Origin: Candidatus Ratteibacteria bacterium
GTDB taxonomy: Bacteria > Ratteibacteria > UBA8468 > B48-G9 > DTJG01
Direction of reading: 5' to 3'
Length of the DNA stretch: 64,000 bases
NCBI GenBank assembly: GCA_041656495.1
Contig: JBBADJ010000004.1
Span: 84,644-148,643, forward strand
Part shown: one piece after another, positions 29,981 to 40,558 of the stretch
Position numbering within the stretch: position 1 is the stretch's first letter
Layout of the letters: every line of letters begins with the position of its first letter
The notes under the pieces: generated by a model
Database searches by the model: none
Seen by the model: only the letters and a program-made list of their open reading frames with translations
What the model was told of the DNA's origin: nothing
Program-made: the position numbers and the translations under genes

Positions 29981-32431
29981 ATGACATCCAAAAGATATCA
30001 TATTATTGGGATGAGTTGCACTGCTTGTGCATCCCATATTCAAAAAGCGGTTGAGAAACTTGAAGGGGTGCATACATGCGAAGTAAATTTCGCGACAGAA
30101 TCTCTCTATATACAGTATGATGAAGAAAAACTTTCTTTTCAAACATTACAGGATACTGTAAAAAAAGCCGGGTACCGTCTTATATCTCACGAATCTTCCC
30201 AAACCACAGAACTTTCTATCAAAGGAATGACCTGCGCCTCTTGCGCCGCCGCGATAGAACGGGCAGTGAAAAAAGTGGAGGGAGTTTCCGAGATGCGGGT
30301 TAATTTAGCAACAAATCAAGGGACTGTTTCATATAACCCGTCTATCGCCTCTGTTGACCAAATACAATTAGCAATTCACAATGCAGGATATGACTCCTCT
30401 ATCAGAGAAGAAAGCAGTACAGAAAAGGAGGATACCCGCGAAATACAATCGCTGAAAAAGCGAGTTGTAATCGCAACGTTTTTTTCCATCCCTTTGCTCT
30501 ATCTTGCAATGCCCCACATGATTCCAAAACTTTCTTTTCCTCTGCCCTTCTTCTTTTCTATGGAGAACTCTCCTTTCCTTTTTGCATTCCTGCAGTTTTC
30601 TCTTACGATTCCTGTACTTATAGCTGGAAGCAATTTTTATACAAGAGGATTTTCCGCTCTTTTCAAAGCCTCTCCCACCATGGATTCCCTAGTAGCAATC
30701 GGCACTGGAAGCGCCTTTCTTTACAGTACATTCGCAATGATCGCATTAATGGCGGGAAAATCTTCCTATATCCATTCCCTTTACTTTGAATCAGCGGCAG
30801 TGGTCATCACATTGGTAATGACGGGAAAATATCTTGAAGCAAAAAGTAAAGGAAAAACCTCTGAAGCGATCCAAGCGCTCATACGGCTTATGCCTGCAAC
30901 CGCCACTATCCAAAAACAAGGGAAAGAATATGAAGTTCCTCTCCATCAGGTCAATGTAGGTGATCTCCTTGTGGTTCGACCGGGCGCAACATTTTCCGTG
31001 GATGGAATTATTACAAAAGGAAGTAGTACGGCAAATGAATCTATGATTACCGGAGAAAGCCTTCCTGTAGAAAAATCTCCGGGAAGTGAAGTAATCGGAG
31101 GAAGCATCAATAATGAAGGCTTTATTTTCTTCACAGCAACCCATACTGGTCAAAATACAGCCCTTGCAAAAATTATCCGTCTGATTGAAGAGGCGCAGGG
31201 AAAGAAAGCACCTATTGCAAAAATCGCCGATATTGTTTCTGGATACTTTGTGCCCTTTGTTATCATTATTGCGTTTTTGTCGTCAATCGCATGGGCGTTA
31301 GCAGGAAAAGATTTCAATTTTATCCTCACTATATTTGTCTCAGTCCTTATTATTGCATGTCCCTGCGCTCTTGGGTTAGCTACTCCAACAGCCATTTTAG
31401 TAGGTACCGGAAAAGGAGCGGAATCTGGAATTCTTATCAAAGGCGGTGAAACCCTTGAAACTGCTCATACTCTTACCACTGTTGTATTTGATAAAACAGG
31501 AACCATTACCGAGGGCTCCCTCAAAATGACAGAACTTATCCTCTTCTCTAATGCCACTGAAAAAGAAGCCCTTTTTTTTGCGGCTTCTGCGGAGCAAGGA
31601 TCAGAACATCCCGTTGCAAAAGCTATTGTGGAAGCAGCTGAAAAACAGGAAATAAAACCAGTATCTCCCATACAGTTTCAGGCAATACCCGGAAAAGGAG
31701 TAACCGCTTCAATAGAAGGAAAAAAAGTCTTAGCAGGCACTGCCGGACTAATGAAAGAGAATGGAATTATTCTACAGAACTCCGCAAAAGATGCAAAACA
31801 ACTTTCTTCTTCTGGAAACACCCTTGTCTACCTTGCGGTGAATGGAATCCTTATTGCATTGATCGGTGTGGCAGATGCCCTTAAACCATCAAGCGAAAAA
31901 GCTATACAGAAAGTGCAAGATCTCGGGCTTGAGGTTTTAATGATTACTGGAGACAATACCGCCACCGCACAATCTATCGCAGAACAGGTCGGAATAAAAA
32001 CTGTTCTTGCGGAACTTCTTCCTCAGGAAAAAGCAAAAGCAATAGAGAACCTTCAAAAAAATGGAAAAAAGGTTGCCATGGTAGGAGATGGTATCAATGA
32101 TGCGCCCGCTCTCATACAGGCTAATATAGGAATCGCACTTGCCAGCGGAACCGAGGTTGCGATTGAATCAGCAGATATTATTCTTATTCAAGGCGATCTT
32201 CACAAGGTTGCGGAAGCAATCGCATTAAGTCGCGCCACCATCAGAAATATCCGCCAAAATCTCTTCTGGGCATTTTCATACAACACATTAGGAATACCCA
32301 TTGCAGCCGGAATACTTTATATCTTTGGAGGACCACTACTAAACCCGATCTTTGCCGGAGCCGCCATGGCATTTAGTTCGGTCTCTGTGGTAACCAATGC
32401 CCTACGTCTTAAAAAGTTTACAATGAAATAA
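29981..32431 (+). CDS. copA: copper-translocating P-type ATPase
   Basis: Two N-terminal HMA domains (GMSCTACA and GMTCASCA). CPC motif, DKTGT phosphorylation site, GDGINDAP. Confidence 0.9.
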   Translation: MTSKRYHIIGMSCTACASHIQKAVEKLEGVHTCEVNFATESLYIQYDEEKLSFQTLQDTVKKAGYRLISHESSQTTELSIKGMTCASCAAAIERAVKKVEGVSEMRVNLATNQGTVSYNPSIASVDQIQLAIHNAGYDSSIREESSTEKEDTREIQSLKKRVVIATFFSIPLLYLAMPHMIPKLSFPLPFFFSMENSPFLFAFLQFSLTIPVLIAGSNFYTRGFSALFKASPTMDSLVAIGTGSAFLYSTFAMIALMAGKSSYIHSLYFESAAVVITLVMTGKYLEAKSKGKTSEAIQALIRLMPATATIQKQGKEYEVPLHQVNVGDLLVVRPGATFSVDGIITKGSSTANESMITGESLPVEKSPGSEVIGGSINNEGFIFFTATHTGQNTALAKIIRLIEEAQGKKAPIAKIADIVSGYFVPFVIIIAFLSSIAWALAGKDFNFILTIFVSVLIIACPCALGLATPTAILVGTGKGAESGILIKGGETLETAHTLTTVVFDKTGTITEGSLKMTELILFSNATEKEALFFAASAEQGSEHPVAKAIVEAAEKQEIKPVSPIQFQAIPGKGVTASIEGKKVLAGTAGLMKENGIILQNSAKDAKQLSSSGNTLVYLAVNGILIALIGVADALKPSSEKAIQKVQDLGLEVLMITGDNTATAQSIAEQVGIKTVLAELLPQEKAKAIENLQKNGKKVAMVGDGINDAPALIQANIGIALASGTEVAIESADIILIQGDLHKVAEAIALSRATIRNIRQNLFWAFSYNTLGIPIAAGILYIFGGPLLNPIFAGAAMAFSSVSVVTNALRLKKFTMK

Positions 32432-32584
32432 CAGGTCATTCTTATCCTCTGCCGGTTCTTCATTGAAGACCATAATAAAACCCTGTAAAAATTTTTATCT
32501 CTTTTCCTTTAGATAACTCTGATACCATGCTATACTTATTGGAATACATAACCTCATCTACATTCAGTCACAAAGGATTTGCCC

Positions 32585-33904
32585 ATGCGTGTTCATTTGA
32601 TTTCTCCCCGCTCTCCGGTTACTGTCATTACAAAAAGAGAGAAAGCGATCCAATTTTCTCGATTAAGTTTAACAACAGTTGCCGCCCAATTCCCCATAGA
32701 TACCGATATCCATATTATTAACGACAGCCTTGATGAAATTAATTTTAACGATACGCCCGATATGGTTGGCATAACCTGCATCACCTCCACTGCACCCCGC
32801 GCATACGAAATTGCCGATAGGTACAGAGAAAAAGGCGTGCCGGTAATTCTCGGAGGTATCCATCCCACCGCAATGCCGCAAGAAGCCGCAAAACATGCCG
32901 ATGCGGTAGTTATGGGTGAAGCCGAGGCTACAATGCCGCAATTACTGCAAGATTTTCATGCGGGGAAATTGCAACAATTCTACCGTGCCACTGAAAGGCC
33001 AAACCTGATACATCTTCCCCTTCCCAGAAAAGAGCTTCTCTTTGGAAACAGGTATTACCGGGAAATGGATATGGTTCAAACCACAAGAGGATGCCCTTTT
33101 GCCTGTGATTTTTGCAGTGTCTCTGATTTTTTCGGCCGTACCTACCGAACAAGACCTATTGAAGAGGTGGTAAGAGAGGTCAAATTACTAAAAAACCGCA
33201 CCATACTCTTTTTCGTAGATGATAATATCGCAGCCCACCCTACCTATGCTAAACAACTCTTCACCGCACTGCTTCCACTGAAAATACGATGGTTCGGACA
33301 GGCATCCATTGCTATCGCACAAAATAAAGAATTGCTTAAACTCGCCGCTAAAAGCGGATGTAAAGGACTTTTTATCGGGTTTGAAACCCTCTCTGATTTT
33401 AATTTACAACAGGTCCATAAAAAAGTGAACCTTGCCTTTGATTTCCAGGAAGGAATAAAAAAAATTCATGATAGCGGCATTGGTATCATCGGTGCATTTA
33501 TCTTCGGATTTGATGGAGATAATGAAGGCGTCTTTGAAAACACCGTGCAGTTTATAGAACAAAACAGGATAGAATTGGCGAGTTTTTCAATCCTTACTCC
33601 TCTTCCCGGAACCCGACTATACGAACAATTTAATTCTCAGGGAAGAATTTTTGATCGCAACTGGGAAAAATATACATGCGGCGAAGTGGTATTTAAACCA
33701 GCGTTGCTAACTGTTGATCAGTTACAAGAAGGATATTACTGGGCAAGAAAACATATATCAACCTATGGATCTATTGCAAAAAGAACCATGTATCTCAACA
33801 AGATCGCCCTTCTTTCAATTCCTGTAAATTTAGTGATGCGTAAAGCCAGCAGAGCATCCCTGAAAAATATAAAAGCCAGAAAAGACCACGAAAAAAAAAG
33901 GTAG
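32585..33904 (+). CDS. B12-binding domain-containing radical SAM protein
   Basis: N-terminal cobalamin-binding-like domain. CxxxCxxC (CPFACDFC) radical SAM cluster motif. The track ORF starts at a TTG at 32579. Confidence 0.75.
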   Translation: MRVHLISPRSPVTVITKREKAIQFSRLSLTTVAAQFPIDTDIHIINDSLDEINFNDTPDMVGITCITSTAPRAYEIADRYREKGVPVILGGIHPTAMPQEAAKHADAVVMGEAEATMPQLLQDFHAGKLQQFYRATERPNLIHLPLPRKELLFGNRYYREMDMVQTTRGCPFACDFCSVSDFFGRTYRTRPIEEVVREVKLLKNRTILFFVDDNIAAHPTYAKQLFTALLPLKIRWFGQASIAIAQNKELLKLAAKSGCKGLFIGFETLSDFNLQQVHKKVNLAFDFQEGIKKIHDSGIGIIGAFIFGFDGDNEGVFENTVQFIEQNRIELASFSILTPLPGTRLYEQFNSQGRIFDRNWEKYTCGEVVFKPALLTVDQLQEGYYWARKHISTYGSIAKRTMYLNKIALLSIPVNLVMRKASRASLKNIKARKDHEKKR

Positions 33905-34008
33905 AAGCAATAAATAAAGATTCTTAAAGTAACGTGGCAATCCCACTTTTTACGCTATAATAATATAGCCATGATTCCTCGTTAGAAAATGAAATTCTCT
34001 CTTCCATA

Positions 34009-35232
34009 TCACCGCGTATACGCCTTCGCCACTTTATGAAATGCTTCAATATATTGTTCCATATGAAGTAGTTCATATACAGGATGAGTAAAAAACGAAA
34101 TGGTTCTTTCGGAAAGCCACTTTGCAGTTTTACATTCTATATCGGGATTATAAAGACCGCGTGCATCCATATACGAAACAAATGCCTTTTCTTTATAAAG
34201 TTCTGGCCATAACGCCCCATAAACAGGAACTCCTTCTGCTTCCATCGCCTTCCGAAACTCTTGAATGGAAACTGTCAGGTTCTCTGTATCTAAAACAAAA
34301 GGAGCCCACCAGAATGAATTCTGCCGTTCGTCAGAATCAAAGGGAACATGAAGCACAAGGGGATTCTCTTTAAGAGTAGCGCTTAAAAAACGTCCATTTT
34401 TTATTCTTGCGGGAAGGTTCCAAGAATCCATCCGTTCCAATTCGCTTAACCCTATCGCCGACTGAATTTCTGTCATCCGATAATTAAAACCCAGTGTATC
34501 GTGAATATAGACCAACTCCTGCTCCTGGCCTATCATATCTAAATTTTTCTTACTATTAAATCCATAATCCCGCAAAGAAAAAGAGTTTAGATATAATTCT
34601 CGGTTATCAGTAATAATCGCGCCGCCCTCGCCTCCTGTTACTAAATGTTTTGTATGACAAAGGTTGAAACAGCCCGCATCTCCCACAGTTCCTGTTTTTT
34701 TCCCTTTATAGATACCTCCAAAACATTCAGTACAATCTTCCATTACAAAGAGATTATGCGCCGCGGCAATATCCATAATAGGCGACATATCAGCCACGAC
34801 CCCATACATATGGGCAACAATGATTGCTTTAGTTTTATCGGTAATCTTTTCTGTAATGGCTTGAGGATCAATCGTATGGGAAAAATCTGTATCCACAAAT
34901 ACTGGAATCGCTCCGATATTTAAAACCGCAAATAACGGAGGAAAATAGAGATAGGAGGGAATAATAACCTCTTCTCCGGGTTTTATGCCGGCTGCGGCAA
35001 GAGCCAAATGAAACGCTCCATACTCATTCACTGTTGTCACACAATATTCTGAACGATGCCACTGCGCAAGAGCATTTTCAAATTCTCTTCCATACTCGCC
35101 AGACCAGTAATTTAGTTTCCGTGTTTTTAATGGTTCAAGAACCCTCTGAAAGGTCTTTTCCGAAAAAGAAGGCCATCCTGGAAACGGTTCGGTATTTACT
35201 GGTTTTCCGCCATGAATCGCCAAGGTTTTCAT
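34009..35232 (-). CDS. DegT/DnrJ/EryC1/StrS family PLP-dependent aminotransferase
   Basis: About 400 aa with family pattern including the GEGG region. AGGAGA ribosome-binding site. Confidence 0.7.
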   Translation of the reverse strand: MKTLAIHGGKPVNTEPFPGWPSFSEKTFQRVLEPLKTRKLNYWSGEYGREFENALAQWHRSEYCVTTVNEYGAFHLALAAAGIKPGEEVIIPSYLYFPPLFAVLNIGAIPVFVDTDFSHTIDPQAITEKITDKTKAIIVAHMYGVVADMSPIMDIAAAHNLFVMEDCTECFGGIYKGKKTGTVGDAGCFNLCHTKHLVTGGEGGAIITDNRELYLNSFSLRDYGFNSKKNLDMIGQEQELVYIHDTLGFNYRMTEIQSAIGLSELERMDSWNLPARIKNGRFLSATLKENPLVLHVPFDSDERQNSFWWAPFVLDTENLTVSIQEFRKAMEAEGVPVYGALWPELYKEKAFVSYMDARGLYNPDIECKTAKWLSERTISFFTHPVYELLHMEQYIEAFHKVAKAYTR

Positions 35233-35264
35233 AGATTATCTTTCTCCTGTTAGAATAGATCTTC

Positions 35265-36614
35265 TTACAGATCCTTCATAATCATCTTTATTCCTTCTTC
35301 AACCAAAGTCAGAATTTCATCCGCCTCTTCTTTTGTAATAATAATGGATGGCGCAATAACAAGAATATCCGCATTATTTCTTAATATCATTCCGCGGTCC
35401 CAACAAAAATCTCGGATTCTATTGCCAACTTTCAATGCAGGATCAAAGGAGGTCTTGTTTTTTCTATCCTTCATCAATTCCATTGCCCACAAAGTACCCA
35501 TACCTCTAAAATTACCTACAATGGGATATTTTTCATATAAACCCTCAAGTCTGCGTTGGATATAGTCTCCCATGGTACTGGCATATTCAATGAGGTTTTC
35601 CCTTTCAATAATCTCCAGTGTCTTTAATGCGGCCACACAAGAAGCAGGATGACCGCCAAATGTTGAACCCGAACGAAACTCGCTTCCAGATTTTCTGAAT
35701 GGCTCGTAGATTTCAGGCCTTGTCATGGTAATTCCAAGAGGAAGATAGGCAGAAGTAATAGCTTTTCCGATAGTAAGGATATCTGGAACCACATTCCAAT
35801 GCTCACAAGCAAACCATTTTCCTGTCTTTGCAATTCCTGTTTGGATCTCATCAAAAATCAGAAGAATATCGTTCTTCGTACAGAACTCCCTTATGCGTTG
35901 CAAATAGCCATCTGGCGGCACAGGGTAACCAGTATTGGAACCCGGAATAGGATCCATAATAATAGCGGCAACGGTTTCAGGACCTTCCCATTCAATTAAT
36001 TGTTCCAATCTTTTTGCGCACATAAGATTGCAATTTGACGGATCAAGACCAAACTCGCAGCGAAAACAGTTTGCGGAAGGAGCAAAAAGGTATCCAGGCA
36101 TTAAAGGTTCAAAAGGAGTTCGGAAATAAGGAAGCCCGGTAGCAGAAACCGCACCAAGGGTAGTTCCATGATAGGAGTAACGCCTGGCGATAATTTTATA
36201 TTTTTCACGCTCTCCTTTCTCCCAAAAATATTGTCTCGCTAACTTAAAAGCTGTTTCATTAGCTTCAGAACCACTATTTACAAAGAAAGAAACATCCAAA
36301 TCTCCCGGAGTAATCTCGGTAAGTTTATTGGCAAGTTTTACCAAAGGAAGGGTAAAGGTATCTCCAATATTTGGGAAAAATTCCAGTTCCTGTATTTGAG
36401 AAAAAATAGCGTCCGCTATCTCTTTATTTCCATGGCCGAGAATAGAGGTAACCAAAGATGAAAAGGTATCAAAATATCGCTTTCCTTCTATATCATAGAT
36501 ATAAACACCCTCTCCCCTTGAAAAAATCTTGGGCTCTTTTATAAGAGACTCATAGGTTGCCCAATGAGGAATGATATTTTTAATCGCATCTTTTTTAATC
36601 TGTTTCGTTTCCAT
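35265..36614 (-). CDS. class-III (omega/aspartate-aminotransferase-fold) aminotransferase
   Basis: Signature DEIQTG...GK (LIFDEIQTGIAKTGKW...TIGKA). About 450 aa. The ATG follows an AGGAGTG ribosome-binding site. Confidence 0.75.
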   Translation of the reverse strand: METKQIKKDAIKNIIPHWATYESLIKEPKIFSRGEGVYIYDIEGKRYFDTFSSLVTSILGHGNKEIADAIFSQIQELEFFPNIGDTFTLPLVKLANKLTEITPGDLDVSFFVNSGSEANETAFKLARQYFWEKGEREKYKIIARRYSYHGTTLGAVSATGLPYFRTPFEPLMPGYLFAPSANCFRCEFGLDPSNCNLMCAKRLEQLIEWEGPETVAAIIMDPIPGSNTGYPVPPDGYLQRIREFCTKNDILLIFDEIQTGIAKTGKWFACEHWNVVPDILTIGKAITSAYLPLGITMTRPEIYEPFRKSGSEFRSGSTFGGHPASCVAALKTLEIIERENLIEYASTMGDYIQRRLEGLYEKYPIVGNFRGMGTLWAMELMKDRKNKTSFDPALKVGNRIRDFCWDRGMILRNNADILVIAPSIIITKEEADEILTLVEEGIKMIMKDL

Positions 36615-37213
36615 CTCCACTCCTGTGTAAAATAGGTTAGCTAGTCAATTAATTTACTTAGTGAACTATTTAATTGTAAAAAAAGGGATCTCTTTTCTGC
36701 CTTGTTTTTTTCACCTTACCATAAAACTTTTTTTTGTCAAATTCCAATGGAGGTGAAAAAGGCATCGCTTTCCCTATAATGAAATAGACTCATTCCTTCT
36801 GCACAACATCTCACCAAATAGATATCAAAGAAAAACTAAAGCTCTGCACACCATAGAAAGTATCTTGCCGAATACGCCTGTGTAACATTCACAACAAAGA
36901 ACAGGTGATAAAAAAATCGCTACCCCTTTTCTTTTGATATTGTTAGAAAACAAAAAAAATTCATAGAAATACCTTCAAAAAAACTATCTGCGTACATTTA
37001 CACGCAAGCATTCCACAAAAACAAGATCTCCATAGCGAAAAAAGATTGCAAAGCCCTGTATTATTGACATTTCAGATGAGATAATGTTTACTGTTACTAT
37101 TACCATAATATAGTAATTCAAGCATTTTATGTATTAAAAAAACAATCAATCTATATCTGGCTATAAAACAGAAGAACATGTAACTTTTCCACCAACACAT
37201 GGAGGATAAGATC

Positions 37214-38836
37214 ATGGTTAAAAAAAGAACGGTTCCTAATCTCTCATTTGACCATTTTCTGAAGTATGATGACATAACCTCATTCCTTTCACAGTTACAT
37301 GGATCTTCGCCAACCCTTAGCAAAATTGGCTCTATCGGAAAATCCCGTGAGGGCCGAGACATTCCTCTTATTACCATTACTGACTTTACAACTGGAGATC
37401 CAGAAAATAAACCCGCTTATCTAATCCATGCCAATATCCATGCGAGCGAAGTCTCAGGAACTCATGCGGCTCTCTATACCGCGCGCCAGCTGATTGCGGA
37501 AAAAAATGATCTCCTTCAACGGATAGCATTTTATATCGTACCAAGATTAAACCCGGATGGCGCTGAATTTGTTCTTACCACCCGCGGTATGATCCGCAGC
37601 AGAAGCGACGAAAGCAAAAAACTTCCCAATACTCTTTACCAACAAGATATTGACGGCAATGGAATAATACTAACCATGCGTCAGGAACATCCTAATGGAG
37701 CTTTCATTAAGGATCCGAAAGACCCCCGGTTAATGATACCAAGAAAATTTGATTCCACAGGACCTTTTTATAGGGTCTTTCCAGAGGGATTGCTTCATCA
37801 ATGGGATGGGAGCGATAAAATTGAAATAGGCGGCCGAAGTTTTGATTGGAACCGCAACTGGCCATATAACTGGCGACCAGAACCTGACCAGCCAGGTGCC
37901 GGAGATTTCCCTTTCAGTGAACAGGAAACACGGCATTTGGGAGAATTTATGCACCGCCATTCTAATATTTTCGGAGTTCTTGCATATCACACAGGCGCGG
38001 CGGCAGTATTACGGGCTCCTACTTCAGGACCAGACGAGGATATTGATGAAAATGACCTTATTTTAATGCAAGAATTTACAGCCATTGGTTCACGCGAAAC
38101 AAAATTTCCCATTGTTCCAGTACTCAAATACCGTAAAATCAACCGCCGGGACGTTAACTATACTGGAACATTTCTTGATTTCGTCTATCAGCATTTAGGA
38201 CTCTTTTGCTTTGAATTTGAACTCGGCACCATTCGTAACAGTGCGGGTATTTCTTCTGAAGAATGGTTCCAAACTATTGGAGAGGAAGAAAACGAAGCCT
38301 TGATGAGAAGAGTAATGCAATGGTGGGACCGCAAAAAAAAGAATGTTCCTCTTTTTATAGATTGGAAATGGTTTTCTCATCCCCAGTTAAAAAAGGTAGA
38401 AATCGGGGGATTCTTAAACCCGCATCTTAATAATCCAACTCTGCAGGATCTTAAAAAAACTTCTGCGGGAACCTATCGTTTTACCATTGCGCATGCGAAA
38501 AAACATCCTTATATCGTCATTGAAGAAGTTACCACCGAGGCTATCGGAAACTCTATATACAAAATACGGGCAAAAGTTGCCAATAAAGGCGCATTGCCCA
38601 CCAATATTACCAATAAAGCCCTCTCGCTTGCAAGGTTCAAAGGCGTAAAGGTACAATTTTTCCCTGCGGAAAAAAGTGAACTCATCTCTCTTCATTCCCA
38701 TTTTGATATAGGACATATACAGGGAATCTCTTTCCACACAGTAGAATGGTTTGTAAAAAGCAAAGGGAAAGAGTTAGGCGAAATTTCTGTCCACGGAGAA
38801 ACCGGCGGAAACCTCTGCTATCCTGTATCTCTATAA
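37214..38836 (+). CDS. M14-family zinc carboxypeptidase
   Basis: Zinc-ligand motif HANIHASE (HxxE). An M14-like domain followed by a C-terminal extension. The ATG follows a GGAGGA ribosome-binding site; the track ORF starts at 37199. Confidence 0.6.
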   Translation: MVKKRTVPNLSFDHFLKYDDITSFLSQLHGSSPTLSKIGSIGKSREGRDIPLITITDFTTGDPENKPAYLIHANIHASEVSGTHAALYTARQLIAEKNDLLQRIAFYIVPRLNPDGAEFVLTTRGMIRSRSDESKKLPNTLYQQDIDGNGIILTMRQEHPNGAFIKDPKDPRLMIPRKFDSTGPFYRVFPEGLLHQWDGSDKIEIGGRSFDWNRNWPYNWRPEPDQPGAGDFPFSEQETRHLGEFMHRHSNIFGVLAYHTGAAAVLRAPTSGPDEDIDENDLILMQEFTAIGSRETKFPIVPVLKYRKINRRDVNYTGTFLDFVYQHLGLFCFEFELGTIRNSAGISSEEWFQTIGEEENEALMRRVMQWWDRKKKNVPLFIDWKWFSHPQLKKVEIGGFLNPHLNNPTLQDLKKTSAGTYRFTIAHAKKHPYIVIEEVTTEAIGNSIYKIRAKVANKGALPTNITNKALSLARFKGVKVQFFPAEKSELISLHSHFDIGHIQGISFHTVEWFVKSKGKELGEISVHGETGGNLCYPVSL

Positions 38837-38897
38837 AAAAATAGGAGAAAAGCTTCCCCTCTGCTCTAAAAGATCTAAAAGATAAAAATAGTGAAAA

Positions 38898-40115
38898 ATG
38901 AAAAAGAATATAAAAACCGCCAATCGTAAATTCATGAGGGAATGGAACCGAAAATTGGTCTTACAACAAATTCGGTCCAGTGGCGAGACTTCGCAAATCA
39001 AACTTGTCAAAAAAACCAAATTAAGCGCTGGTACAATTGTCAATATTACAAAAGAACTCTATAAAGAAAACTTTATCAGATATACAAAGAAAGGAGCCTC
39101 TCTTCGAGGAAGAAAACCGGAAAACTTTACCCTCAATCCTAATGCACGATATGTCATAAGCGTAGCGCTTTTTGCGCTTGAAACACGGATCGCTATTATT
39201 AACTTAAACGAAGAGATACTCCATAAAATCGCATATCCCACAAAATCTCGGCAAGGAGCCAAAGCAGTATTGAAAATTCTTGCGGCAAGAGTAGAAAAAC
39301 TGCTTCAGCAACATTCTATACCCAAAAACAAAGTTCATTCTATTGCAATCGCCATGGAAGGAAGCGTGGATGCGGAAGAAGGCACTTTGAAAATTTCTTC
39401 CCATTTTGGATGGAACAATGTTCCGGTCAAAGATATTCTCGCCACACTTCTTGGTCTTAAAACCTTTGTGGAATCAGAAAACCGAGCAATGGCTATTGGA
39501 GAATATTGGTTTGGAGCAGGAAAAAATACAAATAGTATGCTTTGCGTAGATATAGATTCCGGGATTGGCGCCGCCTTTATAAAAAATGGAGAAGTACATC
39601 ATGGAGCCCACAATTTAGAAGCAGAATTAGGCCATAGTTTGGTATTCACCAATGGCGAGATATGCCGCTGTGGAAGAAAAGGATGTCTTGAGGTGGTAAG
39701 TTCTGGATCAGCAATGATCAAAAAAGTCGCATCCTCTATGACATCGGAACGTGCTAAAAAGTATGGGATTACAAAAAAACTCTCTTCTTTCTCGGAAAGA
39801 GAGGCAATGCGCATCATCTTTCAAATGGCGCAACAGGATGATACTGTCGCAAAAATGGTCCTTAAAGAAGCTGGCTATTATTTAGGATTGAGTATTGCCA
39901 ATATGATTACTTATATTGACCCTGAAATCATTGTACTTGCCGGCTATGTTGCCGAGGAAGATCCAGGGATTCTGCTGAACTTTATACAGGAAACTTATAA
40001 TCAAAAGGTCTTTTTGCCAGATCTGAGAAAGACCCAGATAGTAAAAAGTATTCTCGGCGAAAACAGTGTTCTGATAGGTGGCGCAGAAATTTCTTACAGA
40101 GACATTTTTGAATAG
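38898..40115 (+). CDS. ROK family transcriptional regulator/sugar kinase-like protein
   Basis: N-terminal winged-helix domain. ROK zinc motif CxCGxxGC (CRCGRKGCLE). Confidence 0.75.
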   Translation: MKKNIKTANRKFMREWNRKLVLQQIRSSGETSQIKLVKKTKLSAGTIVNITKELYKENFIRYTKKGASLRGRKPENFTLNPNARYVISVALFALETRIAIINLNEEILHKIAYPTKSRQGAKAVLKILAARVEKLLQQHSIPKNKVHSIAIAMEGSVDAEEGTLKISSHFGWNNVPVKDILATLLGLKTFVESENRAMAIGEYWFGAGKNTNSMLCVDIDSGIGAAFIKNGEVHHGAHNLEAELGHSLVFTNGEICRCGRKGCLEVVSSGSAMIKKVASSMTSERAKKYGITKKLSSFSEREAMRIIFQMAQQDDTVAKMVLKEAGYYLGLSIANMITYIDPEIIVLAGYVAEEDPGILLNFIQETYNQKVFLPDLRKTQIVKSILGENSVLIGGAEISYRDIFE

Positions 40116-40558
40116 AAAAAGCATTGTATTGTTACGATCTGTGATGTTGTAATATTCCACTGTAAATCAGATATTGTTCTTCCCCTTTTTCAATACTCTT
40201 TTTGCACTCTTTTTATCTTGCAATCTTTTCTCTAACTGTAGGATTAAGACAGAAAGAACCAGTGATGGGCTTGCTAAAAAAACACGGGTTTAATCGCAAA
40301 AATCTTTCCTCTTACGTTTATTAAGAATATAAATCTCGCCTGCAAATGTAAAATTCGCTGCATTCTCTATATACAAAACAGGTATATCGGAAGGTAGTGG
40401 AACCAACCAGCATTGAGAATATGACTAAAGCCGAAATTGGTTCGATAGATAATACGGACATGAAATCTTTTTGTTATACGTTTAAAATAAAAAAAAAGTA
40501 TATCGAAAAAGCTTTAAGAAACTTAATAAACGTCCTTTTATTACAGAAAAAACTCATC

